The notes under the pieces: model-generated
What the model was told of the DNA's origin: nothing
Seen by the model: only the letters and a program-made list of their open reading frames with translations
The model's database searches: none
Shown: positions 1 to 8,643 of the stretch, in pieces
Layout of the letters: each line of letters starts with the position of its first letter
How positions within the stretch are numbered: the first letter of the stretch is position 1
Assembly: GCF_001945605.1 (NCBI RefSeq)
Contig: NZ_MPKA01000067.1
Location: 1-32,000, forward strand
Source: Dubosiella newyorkensis
GTDB lineage: Bacteria; Bacillota_I; Bacilli_A; Erysipelotrichales; Erysipelotrichaceae
DNA: 32,000 nt
Direction of reading: 5' to 3'
Made by a program: the position numbers and the translations under genes

Positions 1-182
1 ATATACAACGATTCGATCTCCCGAACCGAATAGTCTTCGAATTCCGGAATCGTTTTTTTCACGATATAAGCCAGGATCGCCTTTTTGGAAAGCACCTTTT
101 TGCAGGCCGCATCGAATGTCTTTTCTTGATTCCATTGTAGCATAGGATACGAGAATATTTCTTCTCGAACAAAGCTGTACAT
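1..182 (-). CDS. hypothetical protein, N-terminal fragment (gene continues past window start)
   Basis: Open frame on minus strand from ATG (180-182), with a GGGGG SD-like run about 7 nt upstream. Translates MYSFVREEIFSYPMLQWNQEKTFDAACKKVLSKKAILAYIVKKTIPEFEDYSVREIESLY... No family assigned. Confidence 0.45.
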   Translation of the reverse strand, partial: MYSFVREEIFSYPMLQWNQEKTFDAACKKVLSKKAILAYIVKKTIPEFEDYSVREIESLY

Positions 183-241
183 AGTGATTCCCCCTTCTTA
201 TATTCAATACGACAAAAATCAAAAAAATGGTCCCAAAAAAG

Positions 242-278
242 AAAAGAACTTCTCCAAAAAATTTAGAGAAGTTCTTTT
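242..278. terminator. bidirectional intrinsic terminator hairpin after potCD
   Basis: AAAAGAACTTCTC-(11 nt loop)-GAGAAGTTCTTTT, with A/T runs on both sides, directly downstream of the potCD stop at 282. Confidence 0.75.
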
Positions 279-281
279 TCC

Positions 282-2186
282 TTAATTCGCGTTGCTTGCC
301 GCGATCTTCACTTTCGCGAACATATCGGCAATCATCTTTCGCGTATCCGCATTATATTCGAACACTTCATCGTTTTTATAACCTGTCCGCGGAACATACG
401 CGTTGATTCCTTCAAAATCTGTTTCGGCAAGCTCATCCTCCACCTCTTTATTTGGAGAAGTATACCCTACATAGCTTGAATTATCATACGCAGCTTCATA
501 TTGACACGTATAATTGATAAACGCGTACGCCAAATCAACATTTTCTGCATTCTTTGGAATAACCATCGCATCCGTCCACAAATTCGTACCACTTGTCGGC
601 AAATAGTATCCGATATTCTCATTTTCAGACATCACATACGCGGCATCCCCCGAATAGATCAAACCAAGCGCTTTACGACCTTGCGCCATATTATCTATGA
701 TCTCATCCGTCACGATCTCAGGATCCATTTCCTGCACACAACGAAGCAACCAATTATACGCTGCATTGATTTCTTCCGGATCCGAAGTATTCATCGAATA
801 GTTCAGCGCCTTCAAAGCCATCATGAACGAATCACGCTCCGAATCGTACAAATACAAATCACCTTTATACTTTGGATCCAAGAAAATATTGAACCCTTCC
901 TTTTCCAGATCAGAAAGAGGCACTTTATTTTTATCATACACGATTCCTACGCTGCCCCAGAAATAAGGAACAGAGTACGCATTATGTGGATCATACGCCA
1001 AATCAAGAACACTAGAATCCAAAAGATCCATTGAATCTTGGATCCGCGATGGATCCAAAGGTTGCAACAAGTCTTCCTGAATGAGCCGTTGAATCATATA
1101 ATCGCTAGGAATCAAAATATCATAACGATCTTTGTTCGCCACCTTGATATACATCTGCTCATTCGAATCAAATGTATCCATGACCACTTTGGCCCCTGTC
1201 TCCTCTTCAAAATCAGAAATGAAGTTTTCCCCAACATATTCTCCTGGCATATAGATATGGAGCGTTTGTCCCGCATACGGTTTACTTCCCGCTTGCCGAC
1301 CCCATCCAAACAAGCCGATCACTAGCGCAACAATAGCCACCGCCCCTACGATCTTTGGCCACTTCTTCTTTGGCAGAAGCTCTCCCATATTCACTTCTTC
1401 TTTCTTCACCATTTTCTTTCTCAAAAACGGAAGAATATTCATCAACACCAAACCGATCGTAATGAAAAGAACCACAAGCGTCGAAATCGCGTTGATGCTT
1501 GGATTCACGCGCTTCGACATCGTATACACCATGATCGAAAGGTTCTTTACCCCTTGACCTGTCGAAAAATAAGAAATGATAAAATCATCAAACGACATCG
1601 TAAACGCGATCAACGCTCCCGAAACGATTCCCGGCATGATCTGAGGAACAATAACTTTCGTGAGCGCCTGCCAAGGAGAAGCTCCAAGATCCATCGCCGC
1701 ATCTGCCAAATTTGGATCCAAGCTTCTAAGCTTTGGCATGATCGAAAGCATCACATACGGAATACAAAAAGCAATATGCGCTAATAATAAAGTCGTAAAG
1801 CCTCGATCGATCTGGAACGTGATGAACAAAAGCATCAAGCCGATCGCCGTTACGATCTCCGGATTCATCATCGGCAAATCGTTGACCTGCTGAATATAAC
1901 GCTTCACCCACTTTTTCGAATACGCCATCCCGATCGCCGTGATCGTTCCTACGATCGTCGAAACAGCCGTTGCGATCAGCGCGATCACGATCGTGACATA
2001 TAACGATTCCATCATGCCATGATTCTTGAACATCGCCTCATACCAGCGCAGCGAGAACCCCGTAAAAGCCGTCAGCGATTTCGAATCATTGAACGAGAAG
2101 ATGATCATAAAAACGATCGGCAAGTAGAAAAAGATCAGCGCAAGCGTCATGATGACCTTGCCAAAAATTCTCTTGTCCTTCTGCAT
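282..2186 (-). CDS. potCD: spermidine/putrescine ABC transporter, fused permease (PotC-like) and substrate-binding (PotD-like) protein
   Basis: Uses the ORF-track frame 282..2228. Start moved to ATG 2186 because AAGGAGAG lies 6-7 nt upstream and this ATG abuts the potB stop. N-half is a multi-TM ABC permease with EAA loop DLGASPWQALTKVIVPQIMPG. An extra TM helix follows (WPKIVGAVAIVALVIGLFGW). C-half is PotD-like (YDILIPSDYM, YFWGSVGIVYDK). Confidence 0.9.
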   Translation of the reverse strand: MQKDKRIFGKVIMTLALIFFYLPIVFMIIFSFNDSKSLTAFTGFSLRWYEAMFKNHGMMESLYVTIVIALIATAVSTIVGTITAIGMAYSKKWVKRYIQQVNDLPMMNPEIVTAIGLMLLFITFQIDRGFTTLLLAHIAFCIPYVMLSIMPKLRSLDPNLADAAMDLGASPWQALTKVIVPQIMPGIVSGALIAFTMSFDDFIISYFSTGQGVKNLSIMVYTMSKRVNPSINAISTLVVLFITIGLVLMNILPFLRKKMVKKEEVNMGELLPKKKWPKIVGAVAIVALVIGLFGWGRQAGSKPYAGQTLHIYMPGEYVGENFISDFEEETGAKVVMDTFDSNEQMYIKVANKDRYDILIPSDYMIQRLIQEDLLQPLDPSRIQDSMDLLDSSVLDLAYDPHNAYSVPYFWGSVGIVYDKNKVPLSDLEKEGFNIFLDPKYKGDLYLYDSERDSFMMALKALNYSMNTSDPEEINAAYNWLLRCVQEMDPEIVTDEIIDNMAQGRKALGLIYSGDAAYVMSENENIGYYLPTSGTNLWTDAMVIPKNAENVDLAYAFINYTCQYEAAYDNSSYVGYTSPNKEVEDELAETDFEGINAYVPRTGYKNDEVFEYNADTRKMIADMFAKVKIAASNAN

Positions 2187-2187
2187 C

Positions 2188-3018
2188 CTATCTCTCCTTG
2201 TTGGCTTTTTGATCGAGCTTGCGGACAAAAAGCATCAAAAGCATCATTACGAGCGCCATGATCATCGAGATAGCCGAACCAAAATTCCATTCTCCCACAG
2301 TGATGAATTGATTCTCGATGACATTTCCAATCAAGAAATATTGACCGCCACCCAACAATTTTGGAATGAAGAAAGCCGAAACCGCAGGCAAGAAGACAAG
2401 CGTGATCCCCGAAACGACACCTGGAAGCGAAAGCGGAAACACGATACGCCAAAACGTTTGAAATTTATTGGCACCTAGATCCGAACTCGCATCCAGCAAC
2501 GAACGATCCATCTTCGAAAGCGACGTGTTGATCTGCAAGATCATAAATGGCAGAAAGTTGTACACCATACCAATCAACACAGCCGTTTGTGTATATAAGA
2601 GCTTGACATCATGAAACCCAAACAACGAAAGCAGCCAAGCAGCCGGTCCTCCATCGCTCAAGATCCCGATCCATGCATATGTACGAACTAGCATATTGAT
2701 CCACATCGGCACAGTGACCGCCATGATCAAGACACCTTGCATCTTTTCTGAACAGCGGGAAATAAAATACGCGATCGGATAGCCAAGCAACAAACAAATC
2801 GCCGTCGTCTTCAAAGCGATCCACAACGAACGCCACAAAATGATCAAAAAGTCTTTATCTGTAAAAAAGCGAATATAATTATCCAAACTCAACTGGAAGT
2901 GAACGATCGAGTTGCCCGGCTTCAAAAATGAATACATCAAAATCAAAATCATAGGGACAAGCAACATCACAAAACTCCAAATCAAGTAAGGGATCGCCAA
3001 TTGAGCAAACTTTTTCAT
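2188..3018 (-). CDS. potB: spermidine/putrescine ABC transporter permease PotB
   Basis: 276-aa multi-TM protein with EAA loop DLGANKFQTFWRIVFPLSLPG. TAATG stop/start overlap with potA. Confidence 0.92.
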   Translation of the reverse strand: MKKFAQLAIPYLIWSFVMLLVPMILILMYSFLKPGNSIVHFQLSLDNYIRFFTDKDFLIILWRSLWIALKTTAICLLLGYPIAYFISRCSEKMQGVLIMAVTVPMWINMLVRTYAWIGILSDGGPAAWLLSLFGFHDVKLLYTQTAVLIGMVYNFLPFMILQINTSLSKMDRSLLDASSDLGANKFQTFWRIVFPLSLPGVVSGITLVFLPAVSAFFIPKLLGGGQYFLIGNVIENQFITVGEWNFGSAISMIMALVMMLLMLFVRKLDQKANKER

Positions 3019-4601
3019 TAGAATCCCATCTTCTCCATCACATGAATATCTTCAGGCTGGAAGGAGAGTCCGACCTCTTTGCCTTCCTCCACAAAATCTG
3101 TCGTATGGATCTTCAATTCCCGACCTGTCGTCCAGAACGTCATCGGATAGATCCCTTCCTTGATCGTGTCTGGATCAAAGTTATAATCCACCGAAAGATC
3201 GACTTTCTCATCTTCATTGTCCAGTTTCCAGCCTTGCGCGTTCGCCCACGTCTTCAAATCCGTATCGAGAGCCATCGATTCTTTGATCTCATCGACCGTT
3301 TTAAAGAAGTTGAACGCCGAAACCGCCTCATTCGCCTTTTTATTCTCTACGACACGCTGATCGACCACCCAAATACGGCGTGTGATCGAAAGCCCATTGA
3401 TCGTAGAAAACGTGACCTCATATTGACCGATCTCGTTCTTTAAATCGGTATCCACTTTTTGGATCGGAAAATACTCATCGGTTTCTTTTGACCACGCTTG
3501 CGCATCGGCGCGAGCGATCAGAACCGACTCATCCCAATCCTTCATATCCTCGATATCGAGATAAAAGTCATTCGCCGAGATCCGAACATCTTCTTTTTCC
3601 ACGACATTGGTTTCGTTGTTGTTGACATGCATATTCACAGTCACATGCGTTCCAGGAACCGTCTCGACCATCACTTCATAATGCACACCTTTGAACAACA
3701 CGTTTTCTACCGTCCCAGTCAACTTGCCTTGATTCAGAGGTACGATATCAATATCTTCCGGACGAATGATGATATCCACATTCTCGTTTTCCTTGAATCC
3801 AACATCGACACAATCAAAATTCATATCATCAAAACGCACAAGCTTGTCTTTGAGCATCTTCCCTGGAATGATGTTCGATTCTCCGACGAACTGCGCTACA
3901 TATTTATTGACTGGTTCGTTGTAGATCTCTTGTGGAGAGCCCACCTGCTGGATCTCCCCCTCCTTCATAACCACGATCTTATCCGACATCGTCAGCGCCT
4001 CTTCTTGATCGTGCGTCACAAAAATAAACGTGATCCCGACCTCTTGCTGGATCCGCTTCAATTCGTACTGCATCTCCTTGCGAAGCTTGAGATCGAGCGC
4101 CCCTAACGGCTCATCCAAAAGCAGAACATTTGGCTCGTTTACCAACGCTCTTGCGATCGCGACCCGCTGCTGCTGGCCCCCCGAAAGAAGGGTGACATCT
4201 TTATTTTCATACCCCTCTAGACCAATTAGACGCAGCATCTTCATCACCTTCTGCTCGATGACATCTTTACTCATCTTTTTGATTTTCAAGCCAAAAGCGA
4301 TATTATCAAACACATTCATATGCGGAAAGAGAGCGTACTTTTGAAACACCGTATTCAGCTCCCGCTTATAAGGAGGCAGTTTCGCGATATCTTTTCCATC
4401 AAAGATCACTTCTCCTTTATCCGGTTCTAGAAAGCCGCCTAAGATCCGCAGTAGCGTCGTTTTTCCGCAGCCACTCGGCCCTAAGAGCGTCACAAACTCG
4501 TTTTGATAAATATCGAGATCGATCCCTTTCAATATGATCTGGTTGTCAAATTTCTTGACAATATTCTTAAATTGAATGATCTTCTTGTTTTCTTGTTCCA
4601 T
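3018..4601 (-). CDS. potA: spermidine/putrescine ABC transporter ATP-binding protein PotA with large C-terminal insertion
   Basis: Walker [10 protein letters not shown], signature [15 protein letters not shown], Walker [13 protein letters not shown]-loop FVTHDQ. The TOBE-like tail is interrupted by about 180 extra residues before the terminal [13 protein letters not shown] strand. AAAGGA RBS upstream. Confidence 0.93.
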   Translation of the reverse strand: MEQENKKIIQFKNIVKKFDNQIILKGIDLDIYQNEFVTLLGPSGCGKTTLLRILGGFLEPDKGEVIFDGKDIAKLPPYKRELNTVFQKYALFPHMNVFDNIAFGLKIKKMSKDVIEQKVMKMLRLIGLEGYENKDVTLLSGGQQQRVAIARALVNEPNVLLLDEPLGALDLKLRKEMQYELKRIQQEVGITFIFVTHDQEEALTMSDKIVVMKEGEIQQVGSPQEIYNEPVNKYVAQFVGESNIIPGKMLKDKLVRFDDMNFDCVDVGFKENENVDIIIRPEDIDIVPLNQGKLTGTVENVLFKGVHYEVMVETVPGTHVTVNMHVNNNETNVVEKEDVRISANDFYLDIEDMKDWDESVLIARADAQAWSKETDEYFPIQKVDTDLKNEIGQYEVTFSTINGLSITRRIWVVDQRVVENKKANEAVSAFNFFKTVDEIKESMALDTDLKTWANAQGWKLDNEDEKVDLSVDYNFDPDTIKEGIYPMTFWTTGRELKIHTTDFVEEGKEVGLSFQPEDIHVMEKMGF

Positions 4602-4614
4602 GGTCTGATCCTTT

Positions 4615-5148
4615 CTAAAACATCGGAGGCATCGTGATCCAAAGCACCTTGGCTTCTTTGCGACTCGGATTCTTTAAATAATGACTTGGCGCCGCGTTCA
4701 AATAAAACGTCTCTTTCGCCTTGAGACGATACGTCTCTTTCCCCATCACTAGGCAAATATCGCCTTTCAGCACATAGCCAAACTCTTGGCCGCGATGTGG
4801 ATCGATCGTCTGCGAGATCCCATTGCCTTCTAGCGTGAGCAAGATCGGCTCCATCTCGTTTTTTTGCGCGTTCGGCACGATCCACTCGATCGTATACCCT
4901 TCTTGCTCGGAGACAAAAAAATCCTCCTTGCCAAAAACGACCTGCTCCTTTCCTTCTTCTTTAAAAAAGGAAGCGAGATTCGTTCCGAGCGCTTCGAGAA
5001 TATCTTCCAATGAAGAGATGCTCGGAGAAGTCAAATTCCGTTCGACTTGCGACAGAAAACCTTTCGTCAGCTCCGAACGAGAAGCGAGTTCCTCAAGCGT
5101 CAGATCATTGGTAAGACGCAGTTGTTTGATCTTTGTTCCAATGTCCAT
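4615..5148 (-). CDS. XRE-family HTH plus cupin domain transcriptional regulator (PuuR-like), first gene of the pot operon
   Basis: N-terminal HTH ([32 protein letters not shown]), C-terminal cupin-like beta region. AAGGAGCGGAG RBS. 13-nt gap to potA. Confidence 0.88.
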   Translation of the reverse strand: MDIGTKIKQLRLTNDLTLEELASRSELTKGFLSQVERNLTSPSISSLEDILEALGTNLASFFKEEGKEQVVFGKEDFFVSEQEGYTIEWIVPNAQKNEMEPILLTLEGNGISQTIDPHRGQEFGYVLKGDICLVMGKETYRLKAKETFYLNAAPSHYLKNPSRKEAKVLWITMPPMF

Positions 5149-5335
5149 ACTCCGCTCCTTGTGTTTAAAATATAAAACTATTTATTTATATCTAACAAAC
5201 AATCATTATTATAAACAAAAAGTTTGCAAATACAATACACAACTGATTGCTATTTTTTTATTGTTATATCTCAAGCAAAACAATAGGGTTCCAACATAAG
5301 TGACCCTATACTAAATATTGAAAGAAGGAAAAAAA

Positions 5336-5623
5336 ATGGAACAAAAAGAATATCCAACCGATGCGTTCGTCAAAGAAGCGCACGAAAAACACATTCCGAT
5401 CATCGATGTGCGTCCAAAAGAAATGTATGAAGAAGGCCACATTCCAGGAGCGATCAATATCCCGCTCTCTACGATCCAAGATGCGGATGTCAAAGATGGA
5501 AGCTACCTCTATTGTATAATCGGCTACCACGCCGGACTCGCCCAAGAAGCACTCGCAAAAAGAGGCATCCACACGACCGATATCGGCGGACTCGATTTCT
5601 ATCACGGACCACTTGAAAAATAA
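5336..5623 (+). CDS. rhodanese-like domain protein
   Basis: IPIIDVRPKEMYEEGHIPGAINIP is the typical rhodanese N-motif; candidate active-site Cys is in YLYCIIGYHAG. ATG 5336 preferred over the TTG at 5318 in the ORF track (GAAGGA SD 8 nt upstream). Confidence 0.85.
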   Translation: MEQKEYPTDAFVKEAHEKHIPIIDVRPKEMYEEGHIPGAINIPLSTIQDADVKDGSYLYCIIGYHAGLAQEALAKRGIHTTDIGGLDFYHGPLEK

Positions 5624-5624
5624 A

Positions 5625-5651
5625 AAAGATAGAGCCAAAAACTCTATCTTT
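5625..5651. terminator. bidirectional terminator shared by rhodanese gene and trkH
   Basis: AAAGATAGAG-(7 nt)-CTCTATCTTT with T/A runs on both sides. The trkH stop codon lies inside the right arm. Confidence 0.8.
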
Positions 5652-7101
5652 TTATGAATTGCTTTCTTACGGAATACAGCGCGACAAAGACGACGAAAAT
5701 CTCCAAACGACCCAACACCATTCCGATCATTTCCACGAGCAAGACAGGCTCGATCGTCTGCGGTCCCGTCATTCCGAAAGACAAGCCGACCGTTCCTAAA
5801 GAAGAGGCAAAATCAAACAAGGCTTCGATCACGCCACAATTGGAAAACACACAAATCAAGAACGTCCCCGCCATCAAGATCAATATATAGACCCCAATAA
5901 AACAAAAGATCTGCCGGATCAAAGCATCTGTTGCCCTTACTTTTCCTTGCGTGCGCGTAAATTCGATCGAGGAAAGTCCAGGAACATCTTCCACTTCTCT
6001 TCTTATATGTGCTTTGATCGCCTTCAAAAACAAATCGACTCGCATGATCTTGATCCCTCCTGCTGTAGAGCCCATTCCACCTCCGATGATCATCAAAACG
6101 AGCAGCACACATATCGGAGCGGAGGTCCACTCTGCATACGACATCGAAGAAAAGCCCGTCGTCGAGATTGCCGAAATTCCATCTAGGAGCGCTTTTCGAA
6201 AACTCTCGATCCACGAAAAGTCCATCTGAAAGCGAAGCAGCACAGTCAATACCACAACAGAAGCGACGATCAAGCCGCTCATGAACTTGACTTCGCTCAC
6301 CTTCCAAACTTGCTTGAACTTGCCTTTGGTCAAAAGAAGCAGCACCGCAAAATTCGTCGTTCCAAACAACATCAATACGACCGTCACGAGCTCGATCGCC
6401 CAAGAATCGTATTCGCCAATGCTTCCAGCCTTTACCGAAAATCCTCCTGTCGAAAGAGAAGCCATCGCGTGGTTGATCGAATCAAAAAGAGGCATGCCCG
6501 CCATACAATAAGCCAACGTGCCTGCTGCCAACAAAAAAAGAAAGATCTTAAAGATCGTCCTTGCGGTTTTTTTCAAAGTCGGCATGAGCTGATCTGGATG
6601 CCCTTCGCTTTGAAAAAGCATCACATCGTGTGGGTCGTGTGTGACCATGACCATCATCATCACAAAGCCTAGGCCGCCACAAAACTGCATGAAGCTGCGA
6701 TGAAACAAAAAGATATGCGGCACTTGGTTTACATCCATGACTGAAAGGCCTGTCGTCGTCCATCCCGAAGTCGATTCAAACAACGACTGGATCAAAGGAA
6801 GCTGTCCAGAAAACACAAAAGGCATGGCGCCGATCAAGATCGCCCAAAGCCACGTCCCCACCACGACAAGCGCGCTCTTTTTTCCAAGAGCTGGACGGTT
6901 TTCTTTTGAAGATCCCTTTTTCTGACAAGAACGAACATAAAGCAGCGTCCCGATGCCAACGGAAAACAACCCACTGTATAAAAAAGACAAACTATATTTT
7001 AAATCTTGCGGATAAAACACCACCACCCCAATAGGAATAAGACATAAAAGCCCAATCAAGATCATTAGTTTACCAAAACAAATGTTTACGCTGCTTTTCA
7101 T
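5644..7101 (-). CDS. trkH: TrkH/KtrB-family potassium uptake membrane protein
   Basis: 485-aa polytopic protein with repeated pore-loop motifs (SGWTTTGLS, STGGFS, STTGFS, STAGGIK). AAAGGAGAAAAG RBS before ATG 7101. Overlaps the upstream trkA by 32 nt. Confidence 0.92.
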   Translation of the reverse strand: MKSSVNICFGKLMILIGLLCLIPIGVVVFYPQDLKYSLSFLYSGLFSVGIGTLLYVRSCQKKGSSKENRPALGKKSALVVVGTWLWAILIGAMPFVFSGQLPLIQSLFESTSGWTTTGLSVMDVNQVPHIFLFHRSFMQFCGGLGFVMMMVMVTHDPHDVMLFQSEGHPDQLMPTLKKTARTIFKIFLFLLAAGTLAYCMAGMPLFDSINHAMASLSTGGFSVKAGSIGEYDSWAIELVTVVLMLFGTTNFAVLLLLTKGKFKQVWKVSEVKFMSGLIVASVVVLTVLLRFQMDFSWIESFRKALLDGISAISTTGFSSMSYAEWTSAPICVLLVLMIIGGGMGSTAGGIKIMRVDLFLKAIKAHIRREVEDVPGLSSIEFTRTQGKVRATDALIRQIFCFIGVYILILMAGTFLICVFSNCGVIEALFDFASSLGTVGLSFGMTGPQTIEPVLLVEMIGMVLGRLEIFVVFVALYSVRKQFIKR

Positions 7102-7756
7102 TGCTCTTTTCTCCTTTCAGGATTTGGATCGCTTCTTGTTTTTGGACATCACTTGTGATCAGCACGAGCTGATCGCCTTCCATGATCGTCGTTTCTCCTT
7201 GGGGAACGAACAATCCATCCTGTCGTAAAATACTGCCAATCACAGTATTGCTCGGAAGCGAGAGCTCCCATAACTTTTTATGGATCGCAGCGTCGCTCGC
7301 CTCCATATCCAACTTGACGATCTGAAGTCCTTCTTCCAACCGCATTTCGTCCATAAACGCCTCTTGTTCGATCATGCGCGTGATCAAAGAGACTGCGCAG
7401 ACAACGCGATCGACCCCACATCGTATAAAGAACTTCTTGTTGGCTAAATTACTTACAAGCGCAGTCGTACGCACCTTTGGAAAAATATTCTTCGCTAGGC
7501 GGCAAATCATCAAATTGTCTTCATCTCGCGGACAGAGCGCAATGACTTGACAAAACGCTTCCATTTGCAGATCTTCAAGGACATAGGGTTTTGTCCCATC
7601 GGCACAAATAACTTTTGAAGGACGATATTCCATTAGCTTTTGACAATCTTCTTCGCTTTTATTGATCAAAACTGGCATCATTCCTCGAGTGGATAAAGAT
7701 TGGGCGAGCGATTTCGCTTTAGCGCGCCCTCCAACGATCAATACTTTTTCTTTCAT
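7070..7756 (-). CDS. trkA: TrkA-type RCK protein (TrkA-N Rossmann plus TrkA-C domain)
   Basis: KVLIVGGRAKAKSLAQSL Rossmann start. C-terminal TrkA-C-like region (GLQIVKLDMEASDAAIHKKLWELSLP...GDQLVLITS). GGAG RBS. Confidence 0.85.
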   Translation of the reverse strand: MKEKVLIVGGRAKAKSLAQSLSTRGMMPVLINKSEEDCQKLMEYRPSKVICADGTKPYVLEDLQMEAFCQVIALCPRDEDNLMICRLAKNIFPKVRTTALVSNLANKKFFIRCGVDRVVCAVSLITRMIEQEAFMDEMRLEEGLQIVKLDMEASDAAIHKKLWELSLPSNTVIGSILRQDGLFVPQGETTIMEGDQLVLITSDVQKQEAIQILKGEKSNEKQRKHLFW

Positions 7757-7759
7757 GTT

Positions 7760-8218
7760 CTATCTCCGTAAAATTTGCGTATTCTCGCTTTCCTTCTGCA
7801 ACAAAGAAGAACAGCGCTCTACCCATAGATCATCTAAACAAATCGTTTCGATCGCATAACCATCCATCACCTGTTTTCTTTCTGGATCGATTAAGCGGAC
7901 AAAGATCTTGGCATGCTCGTTACACTCTCTTAAAAGAAGAGCGCACATCACATTCGTGCAATCATCATTGGTCGTCACGAAGATCTGATCCATCTCTTTT
8001 ACGTGGACCATCGACAAATCATCCATATCTGTCACATTTCCGCATGCTTTCAATCCATCATAATTTGGAGATAGCTTGACGAAGGCCGCTTCGTTTTGGT
8101 CCACGATCGTGACGCTCTCTTCTCTTTGCGAACAAAGGCTCGCTAGAGAAGCGCCTAATCGAGAACATCCAAGAACGAGCACGTTATGTTCATGCTTTCT
8201 ATTTCTTCCTTTTACCAT
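7760..8218 (-). CDS. TrkA-N (RCK N-terminal, NAD-binding) domain-only protein
   Basis: NVLVLGCSRLGASLASLCSQREESVTIVDQNEAAF is a Rossmann beta-alpha-beta. Strong AAGGAGG RBS 7 nt upstream of ATG 8218. Confidence 0.82.
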   Translation of the reverse strand: MVKGRNRKHEHNVLVLGCSRLGASLASLCSQREESVTIVDQNEAAFVKLSPNYDGLKACGNVTDMDDLSMVHVKEMDQIFVTTNDDCTNVMCALLLRECNEHAKIFVRLIDPERKQVMDGYAIETICLDDLWVERCSSLLQKESENTQILRR

Positions 8219-8544
8219 GCTAGTAACCTCCTTTTCTTGGGCGTTTCTTCATACACGCCACTTCCTCGATATTCGACTTCGCTGAATAAAAATAAATTTT
8301 CTTTTGCGGGCGTATATGTCGAATCGAGTCCGACAGCAGCCCGAAAATGCTTGATCGCTGTTTGGCGGTTGCCGATCTTCATCAACAACAACCCCATAAA
8401 ATTATGTGGCTGCGGAGAATCTGGATATTCCATCATAAGATCCAAGATCTTCTGTCTTCCTAATTCATACTTTCTATTTTCTATATATTCACGAATTTCT
8501 TGACTTGCCTGCCGCAAGTTCATCGTTGTTTGTTCCACGTTCAT
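8212..8544 (-). CDS. small TPR-like repeat protein (start uncertain)
   Basis: HNFMGLLLMKIGNRQTAIKHFRAAVGLDSTYTPAKENL resembles a TPR helix pair. The ORF-track start at 8589 is a TTG without an SD. ATG 8544 follows GCGAGG, though the spacing is short. The 3' end overlaps the trkA-N gene by 7 nt. Confidence 0.6.
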   Translation of the reverse strand: MNVEQTTMNLRQASQEIREYIENRKYELGRQKILDLMMEYPDSPQPHNFMGLLLMKIGNRQTAIKHFRAAVGLDSTYTPAKENLFLFSEVEYRGSGVYEETPKKRRLLAW

Positions 8545-8643
8545 TGCCTCGCTTTCAACTACAGTATAAGCATACAGAAAACGATGCAAGAAAGGTGTGA
8601 GAGTCGACTTTTGAATGTTAGAATTGTGTGAGGAAAGAAAAAT

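Noticed and set aside
501-1325. Plus-strand ORFs of 177 and 95 aa (also 1554-1893 and 2019-2478) inside potCD/potB
   Set aside because: Antisense shadow frames of well-supported minus-strand genes. The products are Arg/Ile/His-rich and low complexity, with no RBS.
3042-4344. Plus-strand ORFs (133, 202 and 104 aa) inside potA
   Set aside because: Antisense to a gene with complete ABC ATPase motifs. Composition is typical of shadow ORFs.
5813-6403. 196-aa minus-strand ORF in an alternative frame of trkH, plus several plus-strand ORFs between 5654 and 6925
   Set aside because: These overlap the TrkH frame, which carries the conserved pore-loop motifs. The alternative products are Arg/Asp-rich with no recognisable features.
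8545-8643. Possible c-di-AMP (ydaO-type) riboswitch upstream of the K+ uptake operon
   Set aside because: Only about 100 nt are available, shared with the divergent kinase promoter. I could not see the conserved pseudo-two-fold ACGR/CCCGA-type motifs.
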